The notes under the pieces: model-generated
Told to the model about the DNA's origin: nothing
What the model saw: only the letters and a program-made list of their open reading frames with translations
Database searches by the model: none
Translations under genes and position numbers: made by a program
In this document: piece after piece, positions 17,727-25,943 of the stretch
Layout of the letters: each line of letters opens with the position of its first letter
Position numbering within the stretch: position 1 is the first letter of the stretch
Assembly: GCA_021741845.1 (NCBI GenBank)
Contig: JAIOWY010000001.1
Span: forward strand, 1 to 37,750
From: Candidatus Nanopelagicales bacterium
Lineage (GTDB): Bacteria > Actinomycetota > Actinomycetes > S36-B12
Reading direction: 5' to 3'
DNA length: 37,750 nucleotides

Positions 17727-19215
17727 CCAACTCCCTGATCACGGTGGAATCATGAAATGGAATTCTTGCGCCCCCCACGTCAATGTGATCCTCATGCCCC
17801 TTACCTAGTACGGCAATGCAATCACCTGATCTCGCGATCTCCACCGCCCGGGAAATGGCTGCACGGCGATCGCCTATTTCTTCCACTATTGCGCTGTTGT
17901 CCGCCTGGGCGCCGATTACGAGTGACTGACGAATCTCCGCCGGGTTTTCAGACCGGGGGTTGTCGTCCGTGATAATCACAACATCGGATAGCTTCGCCGA
18001 CACGTGGCCCATGAGGGTTCTCTTACTTGCGTCCCTGTCTCCACCGGCACCAATGACAGTGATCACCCGACCAGTAGCGCCTGAACGTAAATCAGACAGA
18101 AAAGCCTCAATAGCATCCGGTGAATGTGCGTAATCAACGTATATGCGTACCCCCATGTGGCTACTGACCAGTTCGCCGCGGCCTGGAACCGAGGATTCAC
18201 CGATAGCCGCTGCGGTGAGTTGCGGTCTCCATCCGGCAGCGGACAGTATTGCCACAGCCAGAAGCGCATTCCATGCATTTGCTAGCCCGGGACTTTCCAC
18301 ATCAAAAACAATCTCTTCTATCCCGTTATGCAGCACTGCTAGATTCCCTGCATTGGTCCGAACGCCCACCCAATCAGCATCGGAAGTGACTTGTTCACCT
18401 CGTTGTATGAGGTTTACAGACTGAATCGGAATCTGGGCTATATCGCATAAACGGCTCCCCCACGTATCCCCCACGCACACAATCCCTTGTGAACTACGCG
18501 CGGGTTCAAAGAGCTTGCACTTCTCCTGGAAGTAAGTCTCCATGTCACCGTGGTAATCCAAGTGATCATGCGAGAGATTTGTAAATCCGACAACATCAAA
18601 AATGAGCCCATCGATTCGGTGCTCCGCAATCGCGATACTGGAGACTTCCATCACGACCACTTCAACTCCTGCTTGATACATGCGCAATAAAAGGTTGAAT
18701 AGATCGGGCGCCTCCGGAGTTGTCCGGGCACTTGGTATCTGTGTATCGCCGATATAAGTGGCAAGAGTGCCGATCATGCCCACGGGAATTCCTGCAGACC
18801 GCATACCTTGCATGACCATATAGGCGGTTGTGGTTTTGCCGTTCGTTCCAGTGATCCCAATCAACTTCACAGGCGGTTTTCCATAAACAGTCAAACAGAT
18901 CGCACCGAGTTGTCCCCTCGGATTCTGGACAACGAGGACAGGTATGCCCGCTTCCTCGCAGAGTGCGCCACAGATGGCCCAACCTTCGGAATCTGTGAGA
19001 ACTGCAGCAACATCCTGTGCAATGGCTGATTCAACAAATCGCGCGCCATGTGTCTTTGCACCAGGCAATGCGGCAAAAAGGACACCTGATTCCACCTGAA
19101 GCGAGTTATGGGTTACCCCTGATATTTCTACCGAATCCGACCCAAAAATTTCCGCAGCGCAGAGGACTGCAAGATCATGAGTTGTTGGGTGAGGAGCTCC
19201 CGTGGAGGAGTTCAC
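17713..19215 (-). CDS. murE: UDP-MurNAc-L-Ala-D-Glu--2,6-diaminopimelate ligase
   Basis: P-loop ITGTNGKTTTAYM. The DNPR motif (ITDDNPRSE), by established knowledge, marks meso-DAP-adding MurE enzymes. Confidence 0.92.
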   Translation of the reverse strand: MNSSTGAPHPTTHDLAVLCAAEIFGSDSVEISGVTHNSLQVESGVLFAALPGAKTHGARFVESAIAQDVAAVLTDSEGWAICGALCEEAGIPVLVVQNPRGQLGAICLTVYGKPPVKLIGITGTNGKTTTAYMVMQGMRSAGIPVGMIGTLATYIGDTQIPSARTTPEAPDLFNLLLRMYQAGVEVVVMEVSSIAIAEHRIDGLIFDVVGFTNLSHDHLDYHGDMETYFQEKCKLFEPARSSQGIVCVGDTWGSRLCDIAQIPIQSVNLIQRGEQVTSDADWVGVRTNAGNLAVLHNGIEEIVFDVESPGLANAWNALLAVAILSAAGWRPQLTAAAIGESSVPGRGELVSSHMGVRIYVDYAHSPDAIEAFLSDLRSGATGRVITVIGAGGDRDASKRTLMGHVSAKLSDVVIITDDNPRSENPAEIRQSLVIGAQADNSAIVEEIGDRRAAISRAVEIARSGDCIAVLGKGHEDHIDVGGARIPFHDSTVIRELVARA

Positions 19216-19217
19216 AA

Positions 19218-20990
19218 CTAACCCCCAAACGTCAGCGCGAGTTTAGGTGCTTTAGCTCCCGTTGGCGGAATCTCCAGCGCACCTAAAGCGTAACTGGTCA
19301 CTTTTTTGAACACAGGAGCGGCAATCTCGCCGCCATAACGTCCAGCCTTTGGTTTCGAGATGAAAACTGCAACGACCAACTGTGGATTGTCTGCCGGCGC
19401 CATGCCAATGAAGGATGCGATGACGTCCTTCCCGTACCCGCCAGTCACATTATTAACAACCTGAGCTGTACCAGTTTTGCCTCCGATGCGGTAACCAGGT
19501 ATGTGGGCGTTGGTGGCTGTTCCACCCTCCCCAACGACCGTCTCCAACATGCTCCGTACTTGCTTAGCGGTTTCCCGGCTCACCACTCGGGTAGTGGCGG
19601 GCGCTTCCGGTTCCTGCACGGTTCCGTCGGAGTGAATGATGCGCGAAACAAGGGAGGGCTCAACGCGGAGCCCATCGTTGGCGATGGTTGCAAAAACACT
19701 AGCCGCTTGAACGGCATTAACGCTGAGGCCTTGCCCAAAAGCGATTGTTGGAAATGATGTAGGCGACCAGTCTTCATAGGCGGGAACGAACCCCTTATTC
19801 TCGCCAGGAAAATTCAATCCCGTCTCTTGCCCTATTCCAAATTTCTTGAGATATTTGGAGAGCTTCTTTCCCCCAATTCGCTCAGCAGCAAGGATTGTTC
19901 CGATATTGCTGGACTTCGCCATAACACCACTCAGCGTCAAATTCAGCGTGCCGTGTGGTGAGTGGTCCTTAAAGTCCTTATCCCCACGCTTGAGCACGCC
20001 AGGAACCTTGATCGGTGTGTAGGGAGTGGCTGCACCCTCATTGATGACGGCAGCTAATGTCATGACCTTGCTCGTTGATCCTGGCTCAAATGCATTTGTT
20101 AAAGGTCGATTATTGAGATCAGCAGCGTCACTCATGGTCGGATCGTTGGCATCAAAGGTTGGCGCTGTGGCGAGTGCCAAAATATGGCCGCTTTGCGGAT
20201 CCATCACGACCACGGTGCCGTCTGCTGCACCCGCTGAAGCAACTGCCTCGGCAATGGCCTGTTGGGCAACGAATTGAATGTCCGAATCGATAGTGAGTTG
20301 GATATCGACGCCTTGCTCAGCATTGACACGTACATTTGCGGCAGTTGGAATTGCTCGGCCACCAGGACCGCCCTCATAGGTCAATTCGCCGGGAGTGCCA
20401 CCAAGTTCCTTGTCAAAGGCGTATTCATAACCACCTAACCCCGTTCCTTCACCACCCACGAAGCCAATGACATTGGCCGCCAGATCACCAGCCGGATAAA
20501 TTCGGCGAGAGGTTGTTTCACTGAAAATACCGGGCAGTCGCAACTGCGAAATTGACTCCCACTTCTCCGGCGAGATCTCCTTGGCCACATAGGTAAAGCG
20601 TCGCTCCCCCGTCAGCCGGTGAGCCAAAATATCTGCGTCCGCACCCAAAATTGGGGACAGCGCTTGGGCCACCACCGCGGGATCTTCAATCATGGTTTGG
20701 TCAGCAGTGACATTGCGCGCTTCCACCGTAATGGCCAGCGCAGTTCCATTGGAATCAAGAATTGCACCCCGCTGTGCCGGAATTTCAAGTGTCCGCAGTC
20801 GCTGATCAAGGGCGGCGGAGGCAAGCTCGCTCCCGCGTATCCCTTGCAGATCGACCAGACGGGCCGCAAACACTACAAACATCAGGGAGGTAACAAGAAT
20901 GAGGACAAGTCCGCGCTTGCTTTGATTGCCGAGTTTTATGGGAGTATCAAGTAGCCCTCGAGACGGCTGTCGAGCGACGCGTTTGGCCAT
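19218..20990 (-). CDS. ftsI: Class B penicillin-binding protein (septal transpeptidase FtsI/PbpB)
   Basis: N-terminal TM helix, then the transpeptidase motifs STSKV (SxxK), SSN and KTGTAQ. Confidence 0.9.
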   Translation of the reverse strand: MAKRVARQPSRGLLDTPIKLGNQSKRGLVLILVTSLMFVVFAARLVDLQGIRGSELASAALDQRLRTLEIPAQRGAILDSNGTALAITVEARNVTADQTMIEDPAVVAQALSPILGADADILAHRLTGERRFTYVAKEISPEKWESISQLRLPGIFSETTSRRIYPAGDLAANVIGFVGGEGTGLGGYEYAFDKELGGTPGELTYEGGPGGRAIPTAANVRVNAEQGVDIQLTIDSDIQFVAQQAIAEAVASAGAADGTVVVMDPQSGHILALATAPTFDANDPTMSDAADLNNRPLTNAFEPGSTSKVMTLAAVINEGAATPYTPIKVPGVLKRGDKDFKDHSPHGTLNLTLSGVMAKSSNIGTILAAERIGGKKLSKYLKKFGIGQETGLNFPGENKGFVPAYEDWSPTSFPTIAFGQGLSVNAVQAASVFATIANDGLRVEPSLVSRIIHSDGTVQEPEAPATTRVVSRETAKQVRSMLETVVGEGGTATNAHIPGYRIGGKTGTAQVVNNVTGGYGKDVIASFIGMAPADNPQLVVAVFISKPKAGRYGGEIAAPVFKKVTSYALGALEIPPTGAKAPKLALTFGG

Positions 20991-21003
20991 AACTCACCTG
21001 CCG

Positions 21004-21678
21004 CTATGGGACCGGGACCGCATCGAGAAGTGCATCCTCCGACAGCACTTCAGCTTCGACAAATGTTGGCTCACTCCATACGCCAGCCTCGTTCTTCGGT
21101 GACTTTTTGCTGGATTGAGCTTGTGCTTCTTCATTCGCCTTAGCGTCGGCGGCGGCCGGGTCGTAATCCGCACCGAGGGATTCTGGAAGTTCAGCTGCCG
21201 CACCCGCATCAACGGCTTCTCCCACCGTGGCATCAGCCGGTGTGGCAATCCGTGTTCCCTTAGCCGGCTTGGGCTTTCCTAACACAGTACCGTCAGGTAT
21301 CTGGATAAACGCTGGAGTCGTGCTCGGCACCATGCCAATTGCCCTCGCCTGGGTTTCCAAAGCATCTGGGGCAGACAGCACGGCTACTTCTTCCGTGAGT
21401 GTCGCTTCGGTGCGCACTAATTCATTATGTTCCGACCTAAGTTCGCCGAGTGTAAAAGCTCCTTGGGCAAGTGAGGTGTTGATGAGAAGCACTCCCAACA
21501 TGCCCAAGCCAAGCGTGCCGAGTAACACCAAGGTAAAGACGCTATTACTTGCTTTGTTGACCCGCAGCGGGGAGACCAACCGAAGATTGGCTCGAACATT
21601 CTTCCGAACACCCTTGGTGGCATATTCGGTGACACCCGCTTGAACTTCCAGCGGTTCCAAGTGAGGAGCGGCGCTCAT
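21004..21678 (-). CDS. ftsL: FtsL-like septation protein (single-pass membrane, coiled-coil, acidic tail)
   Basis: Position between rsmH and ftsI. TM helix [20 protein letters not shown] followed by a heptad-like segment [22 protein letters not shown]. Called mainly from synteny and topology. ATGA overlap with rsmH. Confidence 0.6.
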   Translation of the reverse strand: MSAAPHLEPLEVQAGVTEYATKGVRKNVRANLRLVSPLRVNKASNSVFTLVLLGTLGLGMLGVLLINTSLAQGAFTLGELRSEHNELVRTEATLTEEVAVLSAPDALETQARAIGMVPSTTPAFIQIPDGTVLGKPKPAKGTRIATPADATVGEAVDAGAAAELPESLGADYDPAAADAKANEEAQAQSSKKSPKNEAGVWSEPTFVEAEVLSEDALLDAVPVP

Positions 21679-22655
21679 GCTGCCACCTCCCGCACGTCTA
21701 CCAGGCGTGGCCTAATTCGTTCTGCAGCGCGGAGGCGCACTGACGCTGCTCGAGGATTCTCAGCAATCTCAACATCCTGTGCCGCTTCGGCGCCCCGAGT
21801 TAGCAACTGTAACTCCGGTTGCGCACTGTCAGGAATGATCGGCATATCGTGCGGAACCTGAGCGGTCGAGCGCTGAATGAAAATCTTCTTGACGATCTTG
21901 TCCTCCAAGGACTGGTAGGACATCACCACAATCCGCCCATGCATGGAGAGTGAGTCAATCGCGCGTGGAATGGCGCGCTCCAAAACATCGAGTTCGGAAT
22001 TGACCTCGATCCTGAGTGCTTGGAAGGTGCGCTTGGCTGGGTTACCGCCCGTTCGCCGAGCCGCTGCTGGAATCGCATCTTTAACGATCTCCACCAGACG
22101 AGCAGAATGAGTGATGGGGGTAACCGCCCGCTCCTTGACTATTCTGTCGACAATTCGCTCCGCGAATTTCTCGTCTCCATATGCTCGCAGAATTCGGACA
22201 AGACGTCCCGGCTCATAAGTATTAATGACTTCCGCTGCCGTGATTCCTTCAGTTTGATCCATACGCATGTCTAGCTCTGAGTCGTAGGAGTAGGAAAAAC
22301 CACGATCTGCGTTGTCTAATTGCATGGAAGAGACTCCAAGATCAAAGAGAATGCCATCCACGCTGGCTAAACCATTATCGGCAAGCACCTGGGGTATGCG
22401 GTCATAAATGGCGTGCACAAGCACCACTCGTTCCGCAAATGGTGACAACCGTGCACGACTGAGTTCGAGCGCCGTTGTATCTCGATCCAGCCCGATCAAC
22501 CGCATGTTAGGGAATTGGCGCAGCGCCTGTTCCGCATGTCCTCCGTGCCCGAGTGTGGCGTCGAGAAGAACTGCGTCTGGATGGGATAAAGCTGGAGAAA
22601 GCAACGCCAAAACCCGGTCTCGGAGGACCGGTATATGGCGTTGTGGTGACGTCAT
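21675..22655 (-). CDS. rsmH: 16S rRNA (cytosine1402-N4)-methyltransferase
   Basis: Motifs [29 protein letters not shown] and ISYQSLED-like MSYQSLED. The start is set at ATG 22655 ([11 protein letters not shown]). The track ORF start at 22730 is a TTG adding a hydrophobic 25-aa extension that is unlikely for a cytoplasmic methyltransferase. Confidence 0.93.
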   Translation of the reverse strand: MTSPQRHIPVLRDRVLALLSPALSHPDAVLLDATLGHGGHAEQALRQFPNMRLIGLDRDTTALELSRARLSPFAERVVLVHAIYDRIPQVLADNGLASVDGILFDLGVSSMQLDNADRGFSYSYDSELDMRMDQTEGITAAEVINTYEPGRLVRILRAYGDEKFAERIVDRIVKERAVTPITHSARLVEIVKDAIPAAARRTGGNPAKRTFQALRIEVNSELDVLERAIPRAIDSLSMHGRIVVMSYQSLEDKIVKKIFIQRSTAQVPHDMPIIPDSAQPELQLLTRGAEAAQDVEIAENPRAASVRLRAAERIRPRLVDVREVAA

Positions 22656-22880
22656 GGGGTTATGCCCAACTCCCCACGAGAAGCGAGAGGAGATAGACAG
22701 AAACACCGGTAGATATGCCAGCGGCCACAACAGCGGTACCTGTCCGTACTCCTGCGGAGACGTTCCAGCGTCGAAGCTGGAGAAATTGATTCAGCGTTGT
22801 CATTGTTGTGTCTTTCCCTCGTGGAACACGATTCGCGGTCGGGTTCGAGCTGATGGTTCAGTTGTTGTTACCTGTGTTCA

Positions 22881-22922
22881 GTGCTGTTGGTTCTGTGCTG
22901 TTGGTTCGGTGCTGCTCGTGCC
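22881..22922. repeat. Three tandem 14-nt units in the mraZ-rsmH spacer
   Basis: GTGCTGTTGGTTCT (22881-22894), GTGCTGTTGGTTCG (22895-22908) and GTGCTGCTCGTGCC (22909-22922), then a truncated GTGC. Read directly from the sequence. Confidence 0.8.
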
Positions 22923-23016
22923 GTGCGATCAGGTCCCCGCCCGCTCGCTCTGCATGTCCTGGCTTCGGGGAAGTGAAGTCAGGGTGCGGAGCGGGTAAGG
23001 GCCTGAGCGAGCGGAA

Positions 23017-23448
23017 CTACATAAACCCCGGGATTACCTCCTCACTGAGATCCGAGAAACCTTCTTCCTGTCCAGCGAGGTAGCTCTCCCAGGCTGGCGC
23101 ATTCCAAATTTCGAGGGTGGTGCCATTTCCAACCACCACCACGTCCCGGTCCACTCCGGCGTATTCCCTCAGGGCCGCGGGAACCATGACGCGTCCCTGC
23201 TTATCGGGGATTTCATCTGTTGCGCCGGAGAACAGCACCCGCTGGTAGGCCCGAACCGCGGAGTCTGAACGTGATGCCTCGCTCAGTCGAGCGGCGTAGT
23301 CAGCAAATTCGGCGGCCGGCCAGACAATGATCGATCGCTCCTGGCCTTTGGTGAATACCAGCCCCGCGGCCAGCCCCTCGCGGAATTTCGCCGGGAGCAC
23401 CATGCGGCCTTTGTCGTCGAGACGGGGGGAATGGGTGCCTAGAAACAT
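23017..23448 (-). CDS. mraZ: Transcriptional regulator MraZ
   Basis: MFLGTH start and a duplicated SpoVT/AbrB-type motif (LDDKGRMVLPAKFR and PDKQGRVMVPAALR). ATG 23448 is preceded by AAAGGAGGG. The track start at 23454 is a TTG. Confidence 0.93.
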   Translation of the reverse strand: MFLGTHSPRLDDKGRMVLPAKFREGLAAGLVFTKGQERSIIVWPAAEFADYAARLSEASRSDSAVRAYQRVLFSGATDEIPDKQGRVMVPAALREYAGVDRDVVVVGNGTTLEIWNAPAWESYLAGQEEGFSDLSEEVIPGFM

Positions 23449-23505
23449 CAGCAACTTCCCTCCTTTTACGACTCACACGTCACATTGGACTCTCCAAGTA
23501 GCGCC

Positions 23506-23533
23506 ACAATACTCCATTTCCCTCCACCGTCAA
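23506..23533 (-). promoter_or_regulatory. Candidate dcw (Pmra) promoter TTGACG-16 nt-TATTGT
   Basis: Reverse strand: -35 TTGACG (23533-23528), -10 TATTGT (23511-23506), about 55 nt upstream of the mraZ ATG. A GGTGGAGG element lies in the spacer (23528-23521) and again at 23569-23562. Sequence-only prediction. Confidence 0.35.
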
Positions 23534-23630
23534 CCATTAGGGCCGAATTTTTTGGCCATGTCCTCCACCATCGCGGCTGCTGAACTCGTCGAACCCCCTG
23601 ATTTCGAGCCCCAGGACCTAAGGTGAACCC

Positions 23631-24761
23631 GTGACTCGGTCCCCCCTGCGACTGTCGCCCTGGATATTTGGCGCGCTCGCCCTGTCCACGGTGCTCAGCG
23701 CCTGCGCGAGCGGGTCCTCGACAAACTCGGCGGTCACCACTCCCAGTGCCAGCCCCACACCCTCGGCCTCGAGTTCAGCCTCGCCGACCTCGAGCCCCAG
23801 CCCACAGGTCACACCGACCCCCACACCAACGCCCACATCGCCCCTCACGGGACTCACCCAACTCGCTCCCCAGCCGGTCTTGGTCGTGAAACTGGACAAC
23901 ACCCGTAATGCGCTCCCCCACGCCGGTTTGACCCTGGCTGACATCGTGTATCTAGAGGAGGTCGAGTACGGAATCACCCGCATTGCAGCTGTCTTCAACT
24001 CGACCATTCCGGATCGAATCGGCCCCGTGCGCTCAGCTCGAATAACCGACCTCGACCTGTTGAGCCAATACGGGAGTCCGGGTTTCGCCTTTTCTGGTGC
24101 CCAACGCAAACTGTGGCCGGCCATTGATGCGTCGTCGTTGATTGATTTATCGGCCAATAAGGCACCGAGTGATTATCAGCGGGATGGCTCCCGGAGAGCT
24201 CCGTACAACTATTTCCTCAATGGGCAGGAAGCCGTTGGGGACAACAGTGACATTTCCGTGGATCGCTCTATTGGACTGACTTTCGCTGCAGTGCCTCCGG
24301 CAGGCGGTGTTCCCACAACAGCGGCCGACCTGAAATGGAGTTATGCCAGCGCTCGATTTAAATATGACCCGGGCACGGGACGCTACGCGGTCAACCTCAA
24401 TGGCGAGCGGGCAACAGCCGAAGAAGGGGACGGGCGGCAATGGGCCGACACCGTGGTCATCCAATTAGTCAAACAAAATCCATCCGCCTACTTTGATAAG
24501 GGTGGTGGCAATACACCCCACGCGAAGACAATCGGACAGGGTAAAGCCATTGTGTTGCGTGATGGTCTGTCCTATCAAGCCACGTGGTCGCGTGAGTCCG
24601 CTGAATCCGGCACCCTATTTACCAACGAACTAGGTATTCCGTTGTCCTTTAAGCCGGGACAAACCTGGATTGCCCTCTACGACAAATCTCGCGAGGTGAA
24701 ACTCAAACCACGGGTGACGGCATCCACATCTCCGAGTGGTTCACCCAGCCCCACCAACTAA
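23631..24761 (+). CDS. DUF3048-family lipoprotein (YerB-like) with a Pro/Thr/Ser linker
   Basis: Signal peptide with lipobox LSAC, a PT/S-rich linker (SPSPQVTPTPTPTPTSP), then the DUF3048-like core VVKLDNTRNALPHAGLTLADIVYLEEVEYGITRIAAVF..GPVRSARITD. Confidence 0.72.
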   Translation: MTRSPLRLSPWIFGALALSTVLSACASGSSTNSAVTTPSASPTPSASSSASPTSSPSPQVTPTPTPTPTSPLTGLTQLAPQPVLVVKLDNTRNALPHAGLTLADIVYLEEVEYGITRIAAVFNSTIPDRIGPVRSARITDLDLLSQYGSPGFAFSGAQRKLWPAIDASSLIDLSANKAPSDYQRDGSRRAPYNYFLNGQEAVGDNSDISVDRSIGLTFAAVPPAGGVPTTAADLKWSYASARFKYDPGTGRYAVNLNGERATAEEGDGRQWADTVVIQLVKQNPSAYFDKGGGNTPHAKTIGQGKAIVLRDGLSYQATWSRESAESGTLFTNELGIPLSFKPGQTWIALYDKSREVKLKPRVTASTSPSGSPSPTN

Positions 24762-24762
24762 T

Positions 24763-25191
24763 TCAGGCGCTCATCACCTGTCGCTCACCTGTGGCCAGGT
24801 AATAGAAAATGGCAAACTGCCCGAATTCCCGAGCGATGTCGCAACCGGTTTCCGCATCCATTCCCCACGCAATGAAACCTGGTTCCCGAAATGATCGATC
24901 GGGAGAGAAGCCATCTGCCTCCCAAATTTCGCAACCATGCTCCATGAGCACGCGCCGTAACCTCTGATTTGCTGCGTCATTGACTTCCGGAGTTGGACGC
25001 CATTGACCTGGGTTCCAAGCGGTGATCACAACGCCACACTCCCCGCGTTCACGTACGGCGTCTGAAGCCAACACCCACGAGGATTCATCTGCACCGCGCT
25101 GGCGCACTTCCACGTGGGCGGATTCATAAATATCGTGAAGTTCCATTCGAGATGTACTGACACGTTCCACCACTGGTTCCGACGGAGACAT
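24763..25191 (-). CDS. DUF3293-family protein
   Basis: Core VVITAWNPGQWRPTPEVNDAANQRLRRVL..EPGFIAWGMD..AREFGQFAIFYY matches my recollection of the DUF3293 pattern (ITAxNP...N...L...E..f.v.g...a..la..fgQ.Ai). Confidence 0.55.
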   Translation of the reverse strand: MSPSEPVVERVSTSRMELHDIYESAHVEVRQRGADESSWVLASDAVRERGECGVVITAWNPGQWRPTPEVNDAANQRLRRVLMEHGCEIWEADGFSPDRSFREPGFIAWGMDAETGCDIAREFGQFAIFYYLATGERQVMSA

Positions 25192-25210
25192 GAGGCAACC
25201 CTACGGGCAG

Positions 25211-25801
25211 TTACTTCGGCACGGCTATTGCGCAGGTAAGCGGGACGCCCGATTCATGGCGGTACAGGTAGGAAATTTCCCATTGTGTTCGGTGGTCCGG
25301 AGCTGTCGCATCTCGATCCGTCACGACCAGTCGGTCCTCATGAACTGACACCTCCCACCGTTGGAGCGACCCGGCAAGCCCCACCTGTTGTGCTTTGCCG
25401 GCAGCTTCCTTGGCGCACAAGATCTCCAGCAGTCCCCACTGCGGGAGTAGGTCACGTTCAGTCTGCGTGAGCGCGCGGAATAGACGACTGACATCACGAT
25501 CTGAACGCTCTAGATCGATTCCTACCGGCGTGGTGGATGCAGCGCCAACCGCGCACTTTCCGGTGTGCGCAATGGAGACAAAGAGGGGTGTCTCTGAGGT
25601 ACGGGAGTTCCACACGGGGGCGCCGGAATCCATGTATTCCAGCATTCCTTGGGAGTCTGGGCGTAGTGCGGACACTGCCGCCTCAACGGTGCGGTTGCCT
25701 GCTTGCGTAAGCACTGTCCGGTCCGTGGAGTGGGTATCCATTCCCATGACAACGAGTGACTCGTGCTCGATCCACGCTTGCGTGATATTTCCCCGAACCA
25801 C
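25211..25801 (-). CDS. 4'-phosphopantetheinyl transferase superfamily protein
   Basis: SIAHTGKCAVGAAS..PVGIDLE and the downstream LLEILCAKEAAGKA correspond to the PPTase motifs (G-I-D-x-E and W/F-x-x-K-E-A-x-x-K). The start codon is uncertain. No carrier-protein, PKS or NRPS gene is in the window. Confidence 0.62.
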   Translation of the reverse strand: MVRGNITQAWIEHESLVVMGMDTHSTDRTVLTQAGNRTVEAAVSALRPDSQGMLEYMDSGAPVWNSRTSETPLFVSIAHTGKCAVGAASTTPVGIDLERSDRDVSRLFRALTQTERDLLPQWGLLEILCAKEAAGKAQQVGLAGSLQRWEVSVHEDRLVVTDRDATAPDHRTQWEISYLYRHESGVPLTCAIAVPK

Positions 25802-25943
25802 ACACCCATTCTCTACTCCCTGTCAAGTGAACTGGCCGCAGTCCGCGACCCGAGAGGCAGTGCTGCGCCATCCGCTTCCCCGTGACATAGTTGGACACCG
25901 ATTTCCCGGGGTTACCCCGGAAAAATGTAGCGAGGAGCACTTT

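Noticed and set aside
22656-22730. TTG-initiated 25-aa hydrophobic extension of RsmH.
   Set aside because: RsmH is a soluble methyltransferase. ATG 22655 gives [11 protein letters not shown]. The region is better explained as untranslated or as part of the alternative-frame micro-ORF reported in the findings.
22408-23083. Plus-strand ORFs 22408..22998 and 22808..23083 spanning the rsmH 5' end and the spacer.
   Set aside because: They are antisense to rsmH and mraZ, Cys/Arg/Ser-rich, have no SD and are not family-like.
23589-23607. A LexA-like element, TCGAAC-N8-TTCGA, between mraZ and the lipoprotein gene.
   Set aside because: The spacing is wrong (8 nt rather than 4) and the right half-site is incomplete.
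23618-24157. A 179-aa minus-strand ORF.
   Set aside because: It is antisense to the well-supported DUF3048 lipoprotein gene, and its repetitive GVGVGV translation mirrors the PT linker.
25395-25943. A 183-codon upstream extension of the helD ORF.
   Set aside because: It lies antisense to the PPTase gene and lacks helicase-like sequence. GTG 25944 has a strong GAGGAG SD and gives a typical HelD N-terminus.
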